This document shows positions 23,632 through 24,000 of a stretch of DNA of 24,000 nucleotides, in pieces. Source of the DNA: Methanovulcanius yangii (GTDB taxonomy: Archaea > Halobacteriota > Methanomicrobia > Methanomicrobiales > Methanomicrobiaceae); NCBI RefSeq assembly GCF_018687785.1, contig NZ_LTBL01000001.1:587780-611779 (forward strand). Direction: 5' to 3'. Position 1 is the first letter of the stretch, and the number at the start of each line of letters is the position of its first letter. The position numbers and the translations under genes are program-made. The notes under the pieces are model-generated. The model was not told the origin of the DNA, searched no databases, and worked only from the letters and a program-made list of their open reading frames with translations.

Positions 23632-24000
23632 ATGAAAACTGAAATGAAGAGTGGAAACTCTAAACAAATTGATAGAAAAAGGAAAGTTACCAAGCCATTG
23701 GTAATTCGAAAATTGACTTCATTTGAGAGAAGAATTCTGCGACTTTTAGATGAAGGATTTGATCAAAGTCATATTGCACGTCGTCTGGGAGTAACTAGAC
23801 AAGCTATTTCTAAAAGAATTATAAAATGGGAAAAATTGGGATATATCTCTAAACATTCGAATAATTCCAAATATCGAGTGATTTACAACGTCCACCCGCA
23901 AATACTGTCAAATATTCAAAAGAAGTCTCATTGTCGAGTCCATAATGTTCGAATAAAAATCAATTATTCATCGTCTGGCAAACCTTCATTGGATCCCAGG
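23632..24000 (+). CDS. HTH DNA-binding protein, N-terminal 123 codons; continues beyond the window end
   Basis: Absent from the track because it has no stop in the window. My translation is MKTEMKSGNSKQIDRKRKVTKPLVIRKLTSFERRILRLLDEGFDQSHIARRLGVTRQAISKRIIKWEKLGYISKHSNNSKYRVIYNVHPQILSNIQKKSHCRVHNVRIKINYSSSGKPSLDPR... The core (LTSFERRILRLLDEGFDQSHIARRLGVTRQAISKRI) is a clear helix-turn-helix. Confidence 0.6.
   Translation, partial: MKTEMKSGNSKQIDRKRKVTKPLVIRKLTSFERRILRLLDEGFDQSHIARRLGVTRQAISKRIIKWEKLGYISKHSNNSKYRVIYNVHPQILSNIQKKSHCRVHNVRIKINYSSSGKPSLDPR

Larger units (their letters stand above)
12588..24000. mobile_element. AT-rich accessory region / putative degraded integrated element abutting the tRNA-Glu 3' end; right boundary not in the window
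   Basis: There is a visible compositional break immediately after the tRNA. Only hypothetical, surface or accessory genes lie beyond it. A tyrosine recombinase remnant sits at 15852-16085, together with scattered GC-rich patches. No intact integrase is present and no att repeat was seen by eye. Confidence 0.45.

Overview
The window looks like a chromosomal segment from a high-GC methanogenic euryarchaeon, probably Methanomicrobiales-like. I infer this from a methanogen-only marker-9 protein, coenzyme F430 (cfb) genes, archaeal type IV pilin signal peptides and an archaeal-style tRNA-Glu. No genus call is possible without a database search. The window has two parts.

(A) Bases 1-12,590 are GC-rich core genome with tightly packed, often overlapping genes:
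- a PurM-like protein divergent from thiD;
- an Lrp/AsnC regulator operon;
- two tandem archaeal pilin genes, the second embedded in an AT-rich insert;
- a minus-strand operon of an Hjc-like nuclease, the marker-9/NifR3-like protein, a CitG-like protein and DUF447, the last three being H4MPT-linked genes of unknown function;
- the F430 cluster cfbA-cfbE-cfbD-cfbB, with cfbC absent;
- ilvE and tRNA-Glu(UUC).

(B) From directly 3' of the tRNA to the window end (about 12,590-24,000) the DNA becomes visibly AT-rich and accessory. It holds:
- a two-TM protein with four CxxC motifs;
- a HEAT-repeat protein;
- a GC-rich tyrosine-recombinase remnant;
- a 1,744-aa secreted mosaic protein (7-blade propeller, beta-helix, CARDB-like sandwiches, an unassigned putative Cys-nucleophile domain);
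- a small Cys-containing ORF;
- a roughly 220-nt GC-rich non-coding element with five hairpins;
- an EVE/UPF0310-like protein;
- the start of an HTH-protein module.

The best candidates for something undescribed are the hairpin-rich non-coding element with its EVE neighbourhood, the unassigned domain inside the giant protein, and the HEAT/zinc-ribbon gene pair, which appears to share a domain. There is no CRISPR array, no rRNA and no intact transposase. All family assignments are by-eye motif recognition and need HMM or BLAST confirmation.
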